A stretch of 64,000 nt of DNA from Myxococcota bacterium. GTDB lineage: Bacteria; Myxococcota_A; Polyangia; Polyangiales; Sandaracinaceae. A program made the position numbers and the translations under genes. Within the stretch, counting starts at the first letter, position 1, and each line of letters starts with the position of its first letter. Below, piece by piece: positions 20,303-29,574 of this stretch. Below the pieces are notes generated by a model. That model was given only the letters and a program-made list of their open reading frames with translations, did not search any database and had not been told where the DNA came from. Where the stretch lies: the NCBI GenBank assembly GCA_036149055.1, contig JAYZQJ010000268.1:1-64000 (forward strand), given 5' to 3'.

Positions 20303-22711
20303 TCAGAAGGCGTCCGGGCATCCGTCGAAGCCGGCGGGGAGCGGCTGCTCCTCGGTCGACGCGTCGATGGAGCGGAGGAACGCGATGAGGTCCGCGCGCT
20401 GGGCGGCCACGTCGCCGGTGGTCAGGAACACCGGGTTGGCGGCGCGGAGGTGATCCTCGAAGCGCGGGTCGCTCAGCAGCGCCTCGAGCGACGCCGCCTG
20501 GCCGTGGTGGAGGTAGGGCGCGCCGACGTTCAGGCCGTAGAGCGAGGGCACGTTGTAGCCGCCCTCCCCCTGCGCCCGCGCCCCGGTGGCTCGCACCTCC
20601 ACCGCGTCCGGACCGAAGGTACCCACGTCGCGGAGCACGCAGGCGACCTGAGGCGGCGCCAGGCTCTCCCCGGTCGCGCTCGCGCCTGCGGGCTGCGGGG
20701 CGATCTGGAGCGAGTGCGCGTTCCACCCCGCGGGCCACGCGTCCGGCGCGGTGAACGGCTCGGCGGCGAGCGCGGCGTTGGTCTCGCTCGACGGGTCCCA
20801 GTAGCGCCGCGACGCGGTCCAGCCGGCCCCACCGTGGCACGCGACGCAACCGCCGTTGTTCTCGCTCGCGCTCGGCATGCCGAAGAGGGCCGCGCCCCGC
20901 GCCACCGCGTCGGAGTCGAGGAAGCGCCGCCCGCGCGGCGGCTCCACGGTGCGCACCCAGGCCTCGATCGCCTCCCAGTCGCCGTCGGTACAGTTGTCGG
21001 GCGCGCTGGCGAGCTCCTCGATCGGCTGCGCCAGGTTCCCGGGCAGGTCGACCTGCGTCTCGCCGGGGCCGCACTCACCGTTCACCACCGCGCCGCGCCC
21101 ACCGCTCACGCCGCGGGTGTTGCGCTCGAAGTCGTGCATCTCGTCGAAGATGCCGGTCCAGTTGAAGACGCGCTGCACCTGCGGCCCGTCGCCGTGGGAG
21201 AAGGAGCCGTCGAGGCTCGTGGTCTGACGCGGCCCGGCCGGGAAGCGCCAGGTGACGTTGTCGGTGAGCCCGCCCGGGTGACAGCTGCCGCAGCTGGACC
21301 ACGCGTTGTCGCTCCAGCGGCCGCGGCCGGTGAAGAAGAAGCGCGCGCCCCGGGCGATCTCGGCCGCCTCGGCTCCGGTGGAGGGCGCGGTCGACTCCAC
21401 TGTGGTCGAGAGCGCCTGCATCGAGAGATCGATCACCCCGAGCCGACGGCTGAGCCAGCAGTTCACGTAGGCGCGCGGGCCGTCGTGAGCGGTGGTGATC
21501 CCGGTCGGCGTGAGGCAGCCCGCGTCCGCGCCCGGCGGCGCCGCGTTGACGTCGATCTGCAGGTTGAGGGTGGAGCCGACGGTCGTGCGATCGGTCTCGC
21601 GATCGAAGACCACGCGCTGCACCGCGTCGGCCCCGCGGCTGAGCGCGTAGCCGATGCCGCCGCTCTCGCCGATGAAGGCGAGGTCGATGGTGTCGGCGAG
21701 GAAGAGCTTCGAGTCGGCCTCGCCGTCCCGCACGAGGCGGGCGAGGTTCACGCTCCCCGTCGCCTCGCGGAGCTCGCTGCGCGTCTCGATGTCGGCCACG
21801 TACACGACCGGCTGCACGTTCAGGTTGAAGCGCACCGGCGCGGCGGGCGAGACGCTGATCGAGGTGACGTAGATCCGGCCGTCCTGGATGGTCACGCTCG
21901 AGAGCTGGTTCGGCGAGGTCATCACCGACTCGCCGCCCTCGGGCGCGAAGCCGCTGTCGATCGGAGACAGGGTGATCGGTCCGTCCGGCTCGAGATCACT
22001 GGTGCGGTAGACGCGGACCAGCCCCGTCCGGCTCGTGTCGGCCCCCTCGCCGTCCTCGGTGGGCAGCCCGAACAGCTCGGGCACGAACACCAGCTCGTCG
22101 GCGTCGTCGGCGTCGCCGTCGTTCGTGACCGCGAGCGCGTAGGGGTTCTCCGGCGGGTCGATGCTGCCGGTGCGGACCATCGAGGCGGTGTCGACCACGC
22201 CCACGCTGCCCTCGGCGTGCTCCGCCACGAAGAGAGTGGCGCCGGTGGGCGAGAGCGCGAGCCCGGTGGGCTCGGAGCCGACCTCCACCGTGGCGGTGAC
22301 GCTCGGGGCGGCGGCCAGGCCCTCGATCCGGACCACCGTCGCGTCGCCGCGGTTGGCCACGAACGCGGTGTCGCCGTCGGGGTGGATCACCACCGACGAC
22401 GGGCGCGCACCGGTCTCGATCCGGGCCACGCGCTCGTTCGTCGCGGTGTCGAAGACCGAGATCGAGCCGTCGCCCGGGTTGACCATCACCACCCGCGCGT
22501 CGTCGTCGGTGATCGCGATGGTGCTCGAGCGCGACGGGCGCGCCAGCACGCGGACCTCCGGCGGCCCGCCGTCGTCGCCTCCCGGGCCGGTGTCGGCCTC
22601 CGGGGGCGCGCCCGAGTCGTCGATCCCGGCGTCGGCGGCCGGGGAGCCGTCGCAGCCCGCGAGCAGCGCGAGGGCGGCGAGCAACAGCCTCGTGTTCTTC
22701 AGTCCAAGCAT
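20303..22711 (-). CDS. YVTN/YncE beta-propeller fused to a di-heme cytochrome c (peroxidase-like) domain, lipoprotein
   Basis: Lipobox LAGC; VGxEPxGLALSP repeats; CGSCH and CVACH; VPSLYGL..APYLHHG. Confidence 0.85.
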   Translation of the reverse strand: MLGLKNTRLLLAALALLAGCDGSPAADAGIDDSGAPPEADTGPGGDDGGPPEVRVLARPSRSSTIAITDDDARVVMVNPGDGSISVFDTATNERVARIETGARPSSVVIHPDGDTAFVANRGDATVVRIEGLAAAPSVTATVEVGSEPTGLALSPTGATLFVAEHAEGSVGVVDTASMVRTGSIDPPENPYALAVTNDGDADDADELVFVPELFGLPTEDGEGADTSRTGLVRVYRTSDLEPDGPITLSPIDSGFAPEGGESVMTSPNQLSSVTIQDGRIYVTSISVSPAAPVRFNLNVQPVVYVADIETRSELREATGSVNLARLVRDGEADSKLFLADTIDLAFIGESGGIGYALSRGADAVQRVVFDRETDRTTVGSTLNLQIDVNAAPPGADAGCLTPTGITTAHDGPRAYVNCWLSRRLGVIDLSMQALSTTVESTAPSTGAEAAEIARGARFFFTGRGRWSDNAWSSCGSCHPGGLTDNVTWRFPAGPRQTTSLDGSFSHGDGPQVQRVFNWTGIFDEMHDFERNTRGVSGGRGAVVNGECGPGETQVDLPGNLAQPIEELASAPDNCTDGDWEAIEAWVRTVEPPRGRRFLDSDAVARGAALFGMPSASENNGGCVACHGGAGWTASRRYWDPSSETNAALAAEPFTAPDAWPAGWNAHSLQIAPQPAGASATGESLAPPQVACVLRDVGTFGPDAVEVRATGARAQGEGGYNVPSLYGLNVGAPYLHHGQAASLEALLSDPRFEDHLRAANPVFLTTGDVAAQRADLIAFLRSIDASTEEQPLPAGFDGCPDAF

Positions 22712-22793
22712 GGGTCCTCCGCGCCTGAAGCTGCGAGGCGGCCCCACCCTTCGCGAGTTAACTCGGGTTAAACGTGGGGTACCATCGAGCGCG

Positions 22794-23855
22794 ATGAGCC
22801 AACCGACCCCGCCCGCCAACACCAAGGAAGTCTCCGACCGCCACCGGTTCGACCTGCCGCGCCTGCGGGCGTGGATGGACGACGAGCTGGAGAACGTGGG
22901 CGAGTCGCTCACGGTTCGGAAATTCCGCGGCGGACAGTCCAACCCCACGTTCTGGGTCTCGGACGGGACCAGCGCCTACGTGCTGCGCAAGAAGCCCCCG
23001 GGCACCCTGCTGCCGAGCGCCCACCAGGTGGAGCGCGAGTACCGCGTGCTGCACGCGCTGCAGAACACCGAGGTCCCGGTCGCGCGGGTGTACGCCCTCT
23101 GCGACGACGAGGCGGTGATCGGCACGCCGTTCTATCTGATGGAGCACGTGCAGGGCCGGATCTTCTGGAACGTGCAGCTCCCGGAGCTGACGCCGCGCCA
23201 TCGGACCGCGATCTACGACGAGCTCGCCCGGGTGCTCGCCCACATCCACTCGGTGAAGCTCGACGCGGTCGGGCTGTCCGACTACGGCAAGCGCGGCGGC
23301 TACGTCGAGCGCCAGCTCTCGCGCTGGTCGGCCCAGTACGAGCAGAGCGCCACCCAGACCGTGCCGGCGATGGACGCGCTGATCGAGTGGCTGCCCCGGA
23401 ACCTGCCGGCGCACGACGAGACGACCCTCTGCCACGGCGACTACCGGCTCGACAACTTGATCTTCCACCCCGAGGAGCCGCGATGCCTCGCGGTCATCGA
23501 CTGGGAGCTGTCGACCCTGGGTCACCCGATCGCCGACCTCGCCTACACCTGCATGCTCTACGACATCCAGATGCCGCGGGTGGGCGGGCTGCTGGGGGTG
23601 GACTTCGCGCAGAGCGGCATCCCGAGCGAGGCCGACTTCGTGGCGCGCTATTGCGAGCTGACCGGCCGCGACGGCGTCGAGGACTGGTCGTACTTCAAGG
23701 CGTTCGGGCTCTTCCGGCTCGCCGCGATCGCGCAGGGCGTCTACGCGCGCAGCCAGCAGGGCAACGCCAGCAGCGACGACGCCGCGATGTACGGCGCGGC
23801 GGTGGGGCACCTCGCGACCATCGCGTGTCGGCTCGTCGGCTTGTCGCCCGGCTGA
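22794..23855 (+). CDS. aminoglycoside phosphotransferase family protein (ACAD10/11 N-terminal-like)
   Basis: GGQSNPTF, SAHQVEREYRV, HGDYRLDN, IDWELSTLGHP. Confidence 0.92.
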   Translation: MSQPTPPANTKEVSDRHRFDLPRLRAWMDDELENVGESLTVRKFRGGQSNPTFWVSDGTSAYVLRKKPPGTLLPSAHQVEREYRVLHALQNTEVPVARVYALCDDEAVIGTPFYLMEHVQGRIFWNVQLPELTPRHRTAIYDELARVLAHIHSVKLDAVGLSDYGKRGGYVERQLSRWSAQYEQSATQTVPAMDALIEWLPRNLPAHDETTLCHGDYRLDNLIFHPEEPRCLAVIDWELSTLGHPIADLAYTCMLYDIQMPRVGGLLGVDFAQSGIPSEADFVARYCELTGRDGVEDWSYFKAFGLFRLAAIAQGVYARSQQGNASSDDAAMYGAAVGHLATIACRLVGLSPG

Positions 23856-23893
23856 CTGGACGCGGACGCGCCGTCCCCTTAGAACGATAGGCG

Positions 23894-25291
23894 GTGAGCA
23901 CACGACGACTGCGCCGGGCCCTGGCGGGCGTGGCGCTGGTGCTCCCGGTCATCGGCGGCCTGGTCGGGCTCGCGTATGCGATCCCGCTCCTCGTGAAGGA
24001 CGCCGCCAAGCAGGGCCCCCTCGCGGCCACGGGCACCGCAGCCCGCGCCCTGCCCCGGGACACCGGCGCCGATCGCGCCCCCACCGTGGGAGAGACCTAC
24101 CCTCACGGACGAACTCAATCTCCGCTGACGACCGCGGTGGCCGCACGGCTGCGCGCGATCGCCGCGCGCGGCGAACGGAACCCGCGCGTGTTCAGCAAGG
24201 TCGGCGCGTCGGCCACGGTCAACCGCAACTACCTGCGCTGCTTCGCCGGCGACGACGTCGACCTGGCCGGGCGCGAGCACCTGCGCGAGACCCTGGAGCA
24301 CTTCCGGGCCGGTGAGCCCGACCCCTTCCGCCGGGTGAGCGACTCGGCCACCGTCGGCTGGCACGCGGGGCGCGCGGTGTGGGGGCGGCCGGCGCCGATC
24401 AACCTGGAGATCCGGCACGCCGATCCACGCTTCGCGGTGGTGATGTACGGCACCAACGACATCGAGCTGGGCCGGCCCGAGCAGTACGCCGAGCTGCTGC
24501 TGCGCCTCGTGCACATGATCGAGCGCCGCGGCGTCGTCCCGATCCTCTCGACCATCATGCCGCGCGACGACGACCCGGAGGCGGACGAGGTGGTCGCGCT
24601 CTACAACGCCGTCGTGCGAGGCGTCGCGCAGTGGCGGCGCCTGCCGATGATCGACTATCACCGCGCGCTGTCCCGGCTGCCCGACCACGGCCTCGCGTCC
24701 GACCGACTGCACCCGAACGTGCACTTCGTGGATGGCGATCCTCGGGGCTGCGACTTCACGCCGCTCGGGCTCACGCACGGCTACAACATCCGGAACCTCA
24801 TCACGCTCGAGGCGCTCGACCGCAGCCGCCGCGTGCTGCTCGAGGGGGAGCCCCCGCCGGACCGCCCGGCGACGGCGCCCACCGGCCGCGGCACCTTCGC
24901 CGACCCGATCGCCGCCGCGCTCCCGTTCGCGCACGCCAGCGACACCCGCCGGGCCGCCCAGGACGCGGTGGACGACTACCCCGGCTGCGACGCCGACCAG
25001 GACGAGAGCGGCCCCGAGGTCGTCTATCGCGTGGCGCTCGACGAGCCGGCCGAGATCACGGCGATGGTCGTCACCGAGGGCCGCGCCGACGTCGACCTGC
25101 ACGTGATGACCCCGTCGGACGGCGACCCCACCTGCGCCGCTCGCGCCGACGGCATGCTCACCGTCGACCTCGACGCGGGCGAGCATTTCTTCGTCGTCGA
25201 CACCTTCGTCGACAACGACGGCGACGCGCACGCGGGCGAGTACCTCTTCGTCGCCGCCCGCACCGACCGCCCGAGCGATCCTTCGGAGTGA
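23894..25291 (+). CDS. SGNH/GDSL hydrolase with C-terminal PPC-like domain
   Basis: KVGAS (block I), YGTND (block III), DRLH (block V); N-terminal TM; GPEVVYR..DVDLHV..VVDTF. Confidence 0.8.
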   Translation: MSTRRLRRALAGVALVLPVIGGLVGLAYAIPLLVKDAAKQGPLAATGTAARALPRDTGADRAPTVGETYPHGRTQSPLTTAVAARLRAIAARGERNPRVFSKVGASATVNRNYLRCFAGDDVDLAGREHLRETLEHFRAGEPDPFRRVSDSATVGWHAGRAVWGRPAPINLEIRHADPRFAVVMYGTNDIELGRPEQYAELLLRLVHMIERRGVVPILSTIMPRDDDPEADEVVALYNAVVRGVAQWRRLPMIDYHRALSRLPDHGLASDRLHPNVHFVDGDPRGCDFTPLGLTHGYNIRNLITLEALDRSRRVLLEGEPPPDRPATAPTGRGTFADPIAAALPFAHASDTRRAAQDAVDDYPGCDADQDESGPEVVYRVALDEPAEITAMVVTEGRADVDLHVMTPSDGDPTCAARADGMLTVDLDAGEHFFVVDTFVDNDGDAHAGEYLFVAARTDRPSDPSE

Positions 25292-25380
25292 CCCCCCTCG
25301 GGGGTGGCGGCCGCCACCCGTCCGCCCGCCACTCCGCCGATCCGCCGCCGTAAGTCCGCGAGATCACATGCGCGGGGTTC

Positions 25381-25396
25381 CGGAACGCGGCTTGCT
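25381..25396 (+). promoter_or_regulatory. putative sigma-54 promoter of the RAYT gene
   Basis: CGGAACG-CGGC-TTGCT with GG-N10-GC spacing, 35 bp upstream of GTG 25432. Confidence 0.55.
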
Positions 25397-25431
25397 CAGC
25401 CTACCGGCGTGCTCGCCGGGGGGACAGGAGG

Positions 25432-26658
25432 GTGACCGCGCCGCTGATGCAGGCGCGGGGGACGTACGCGCTGACCACGCGCTGCGCGTTCCGGAAGCTG
25501 CTGCTGACGCCGCACACGCCGCTGCTGCGCCAGGGCCTCGGCTACGCGATGGCGCGGGCGGCCCGCAAAACCGGCGTCGTGGTCAATCACGTCTCGGTCG
25601 TCCCGAACCACATGCACAACGTGGTGACGGCCACGAGGAAGAACCTGCCCACGTTCAAGCGTCTGTTCGTCGGCGAGGCGGCCAAGTTCGTCAAGGCCTA
25701 CCTCGAGGCCCACGGCTTCGAGGGCCCGGAGCACGTCTTCCGGCGTACCCATCAGATGCGCCTGGTCAACGCGGCGTCGCAGCTCGTCTTGATCCACTAC
25801 GGCGACATCCAGCCGGTGAAGGACGGCCTCGTCGAGCGGGTCGAGGAGCACCCGTGCCTCCGGACGGATCCGTGGATGCTGAAGGGGCACGCGATGGAGT
25901 TCCGGCGGCCGGACCTCTACTTCGACCCGGACACGAACCCGGAGGTCGAGCGGCTCGAGATCGGGACCACGCCGCGGCTCGCCGGCGAGCTGGGAACCCG
26001 GCGGGCGGTGGTGCACCTCGAGCAGGCACGGCGGAGGGCCGAGGGCGCGTACCGACGGGAGCGGCGAGCGCCGGTGCTCGGCGTGGAGCGCATGAAGGCG
26101 CAGCATCCGTGGGCGGAGCCCGCGTCCCCGCGCAAGCGCCGCCGCGGCATCATCCCGAGCTTCAGGGTGATCGACGACACCGCGCTGGAAATCCACTGCG
26201 CCAAGGAGACGCGGGGCTTTCGGGCGAGGCACCGCGAGGCCCTCGAGGCGCTCCGCGCTGGCGATCGCGACGTCGTCTTCCCGGCGGGCTCGTACCTCGT
26301 GGAGGCCTGCTACGGCCTGGACGTGGAGGCGCCCGATCACGAGTCGGTGCTGGCGTCGGACGACACCTACGACGACCTCCCGGGGCCGGCATCGCGGGAG
26401 GACCTCCGAGCGATCAGCGAGCTCCTGCGCAACATCGCCGGCGCGGCGGACACGGACGACTCCCTCGCCGACCGGGTACGTGAGGGAGCCGACGCCTGCG
26501 TGGGCCAGCGCGAGTCACGCCGGGTCCAGGTCGAGGTCAGCGAAGAGCAGCCCTCGCAGAAGCTGGTCCCGCTCCGCGGCGACCACGCGCCGGCGTCGTC
26601 CTCCGAACGTGATGCCCGCGACCCGGACCGGCCCCCGGACGAACCCGGCCACAGCTAG
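25432..26658 (+). mobile_element. REP-associated tyrosine transposase (RAYT, Y1 HUH family)
   Basis: TYALTTRC N-terminus, HUH motif PNHMH, Y..QPVKDGLVE (YxxxNPVKAGLV-like), VFPAGSY. Confidence 0.8.
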
Positions 26659-26920
26659 GTCGCTGCGCGGCTCGACGACGGCTCGGGCCGCGCAGAGGTG
26701 CGCCCGCCGTGAGGGCTCGTTCGGAGGAATCCGCTCTGACTGAACGCAGGTGGATCGTATTCGCGGTGGCTGGCGTCGGATGGGCGCCCGCTCGGCGCCG
26801 GGGGGCCGCGCTCAGCGCGATCGACGCGGCTGCGGGGCCTGGGGGCCGTCGGCAGCCGGGCAAAGACGGGCAGCGAGTGACAGCAGCTGGGGCTGTCGGG
26901 CCACGCTGCGCGGCGCGCGG

Positions 26921-27307
26921 TCAAATCTCGGCGCGCGGGCCCGCGATCACGATGCGGTAGCCCTCGGGGCCCTCGAGCCAGAGCTCGCGCTGGCCAGCGT
27001 TCGGGTTGTGGAGCGGGCCGTCGAGTACGGTCGCGGCGGCGTCTTCGACGCGCGCGAGGAGGGCGTCGAATTCGTCGGTGGCGAACCACAGGAGCACGCC
27101 GTTGCCGCGGGACGGGTCGGCCTCGTCGCCGAGGTGGGGATGCTCGTGCGTGTCCCAGCGGTGGAGCTGCGCGACGAGGGCGTCGCCGTCCATCAGCATC
27201 TCGTACTCGTCTCCGCCGTGGCCCGAGGTGAGGCCGAGCACGCGCTGGAACCAACGCGAGGCGGCTCTCACGTCGCGCACCACGATCATCGGCTGAGGCT
27301 GCATCAT
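26921..27307 (-). CDS. VOC/glyoxalase family protein
   Basis: VRDVRAASRWF..LGL, GNGVLLWF, RELWLEGPEGY. Confidence 0.88.
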   Translation of the reverse strand: MMQPQPMIVVRDVRAASRWFQRVLGLTSGHGGDEYEMLMDGDALVAQLHRWDTHEHPHLGDEADPSRGNGVLLWFATDEFDALLARVEDAAATVLDGPLHNPNAGQRELWLEGPEGYRIVIAGPRAEI

Positions 27308-27433
27308 CGTCGCGTCTCCGAGGCTTGTGGGGATACCGCCGGCGATGGTACTGCCGGGGGCGTTCTCGAGCCCGATCGCGTGGCGTCCGGGCGGCCCGAC
27401 CGCTCACCCATCTACCACGGAGCAGCAACGAAC

Positions 27434-28702
27434 ATGGACCCCCTCGACGAGAAGCGAAACGGCTACTCACTCGCCGATGTCGCCGAGATCATGAACCAGA
27501 TGAGCGTGCTCGAGACCGAGCACGGTGAGCCCGGTTACCGCGCGCCGTTCCAGCAGTTCCTGCGCTCCAAGGGGCTCACCGAGGAGACCTGGGCCCACGT
27601 CTACAACGACTGGCACCAGACCTGGGAGGCGGACCCCGCGCTCGCGGCCAAGTTCCACACCTACATGGCCCAGGTCCGGCAGCGCCAGATGCTGAGCCAG
27701 CAGCCCAACGTGTCCGGGGAGTCGATGGGCGGCGTGTCGCTCGAGGCATACGCGAAGATCAGCGCGCAGATCCAGACCGGCGCGGTGGTCGAGCAGCTCG
27801 TCGCCGCCGAAGGCCTGAGCATGGACCAGTGGCAGGCCGGGCAGGCCGCCTGGGTGGAGCGCATGGGGCAGTGCAGCCCGACCGATCCGATCATCGTGCA
27901 GTTCGGGCAGCTCTATCAGAAGTGGTCGCCCAACCATCAGGCCTCGATGGAGGCGGCGACCGAGCGCATCCTCGCCGACCACGCCGACCAGGAGGGTCGC
28001 GGCGGGGGGATGAGCAAGGCCCTCGACATGGACAACGCGCCCGAGTTCTTCGATCACGCGGACGTCCGGGTGCGCGCCCGCGGCGTCCGGGAGATGATCC
28101 GGATCTGGGAGCTCAACTGGGACGACCGCGACGCGCGCATGCAGCAGCTCACGCAGCGGGCGTGCGACGAGGCGGTGCGCATCCTCCAGCACGGGGCGGG
28201 CGAGGATCGGCCCGGGCTCGTGCCCCTCGCCGAGCCGCCGGACGGCGTCGACATCCACCGCTGGTCCGCGATGGTCGAGCAGGAGCAGACGCAGCAGGAC
28301 ACGTCGGATCTCGTCTACGGCTCGCTCAAGGATCTCGCGGGCGAGAAGTTCATGTCGCCGGCGCAGAACGACGCGGCGAAGGCCGCGGTCCAGCAGGCGA
28401 TCGCGCGCCTCGAGCCACGCGCGCGCAAGGTCGAGGAGCTCTTCGGTCAGGTCAGCGACGAGCTGAAGCGCACGCAGGTGCGCCAGCTGATCGACGACTA
28501 TCGCGAGACGCTCGAGGGCATGCGAGAGGCGCTCGGCGACTGGGAGCACACCGGCCCCGAGGCCGCCCCGCCCACCGCGACCGCGCCGTCCGCGCCCGCC
28601 CCGGCCTCCGCGCTCGCTACGCCGGAGCCCGAGAACGGCCTGATCGCGCTGCTGAAGTCACTGCCGATCATCGGCAACCTGCTGCGCATGCTCGGCCTCT
28701 GA
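27434..28702 (+). CDS. hypothetical protein with two DUF6620-like helical repeats
   Basis: Repeat G[YV]SL..[VY]A.I....GL...W....W occurs twice; GC3-rich frame; amphipathic C-terminus. Confidence 0.7.
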   Translation: MDPLDEKRNGYSLADVAEIMNQMSVLETEHGEPGYRAPFQQFLRSKGLTEETWAHVYNDWHQTWEADPALAAKFHTYMAQVRQRQMLSQQPNVSGESMGGVSLEAYAKISAQIQTGAVVEQLVAAEGLSMDQWQAGQAAWVERMGQCSPTDPIIVQFGQLYQKWSPNHQASMEAATERILADHADQEGRGGGMSKALDMDNAPEFFDHADVRVRARGVREMIRIWELNWDDRDARMQQLTQRACDEAVRILQHGAGEDRPGLVPLAEPPDGVDIHRWSAMVEQEQTQQDTSDLVYGSLKDLAGEKFMSPAQNDAAKAAVQQAIARLEPRARKVEELFGQVSDELKRTQVRQLIDDYRETLEGMREALGDWEHTGPEAAPPTATAPSAPAPASALATPEPENGLIALLKSLPIIGNLLRMLGL

Positions 28703-28710
28703 CGTGAAGA

Positions 28711-28745
28711 CGCCCGCACCTCCGACTCGTCGGAGGCGCGGGCGC
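28711..28745. terminator. hairpin between convergent genes
   Basis: CGCCCGC-A-CCTCCGAC-TC-GTCGGAGG-C-GCGGGCG. Confidence 0.55.
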
Positions 28746-28764
28746 TCGCTTCGCCAGCCGTCGT

Positions 28765-29574
28765 TCAGGCGGGGAAGGTGACCACGAAGCAGCCCCCGAC
28801 GCGGCCCGGGCGGCTCGCGGGGAGGGACGACTTCTCGATCGTGACGTCGCCACCGTGAGCGCGGATCAGGTCGCGCGCGACCGAGAGGCCCAGGCCGGTG
28901 CCGCGGCGATCCTTCGGCTCGTAGAGTCGGTTGAACGCGTTGTCGGCGTCCTGCTGGCTCCACCCGTCGCCGTCGTCCTCGACTCGCAGCACGAAGTGCT
29001 CGCCCTCGTCCTCGAAGCTGACGCGCACCTTCGAGCGCGCGCCGCGGCGGGACTGGCCGATGAGCTCGCTGAGCGCCTCGTCGGCGCGCACTCCGTCGAG
29101 GCTGGCGGTGACGCCGGGCTCGACCTCGACCTCGACCTCGACGCTGCGCCGCGGGTCGACGCGGTCGAGCTTCTGGACGACGTCGTTGACGATCCGGGCG
29201 AGCTCGATCTCGCCGCGGTCGAGCATCAGGCCACCGGAGTCGAGCTCGGCGGCGGTGGAGAGCACGTCGGCCATGCGCCGCAGGCGGCCGAGGCCGCGCT
29301 CGGCGAGCTCGAACATGCGCTTCTGTGCGGGATCGAGCTGCGCGGCGAGGTCCTCCTGGATCTCGTCGAGCGCGCCCGAGAGGAGCCCGAGCGGGCTGCG
29401 GATGTCGTGCGCGAGGCGCGACAGCAGCACGTGCGGGATCTTCTCTTCCGACTCGGGGTGCACGGCGGCGGGGTCACCCACCGACGCGCCCGTCTCTTCT
29501 CGCCGCCGAGTCGGCGGCCTCTCCGACGCGCTCGTCATGGCCGCCTGCCTCCTCGGTTCCGTGGAGCCTTCCAT
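28765..29574 (-). CDS. sensor-less HisKA/HATPase histidine kinase (atypical N-box)
   Basis: H-box AHDIRSPL, G1 EDDGDG, G2 GTGLGL; start overlaps the regulator stop codon. Confidence 0.85.
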   Translation of the reverse strand: MEGSTEPRRQAAMTSASERPPTRRREETGASVGDPAAVHPESEEKIPHVLLSRLAHDIRSPLGLLSGALDEIQEDLAAQLDPAQKRMFELAERGLGRLRRMADVLSTAAELDSGGLMLDRGEIELARIVNDVVQKLDRVDPRRSVEVEVEVEPGVTASLDGVRADEALSELIGQSRRGARSKVRVSFEDEGEHFVLRVEDDGDGWSQQDADNAFNRLYEPKDRRGTGLGLSVARDLIRAHGGDVTIEKSSLPASRPGRVGGCFVVTFPA

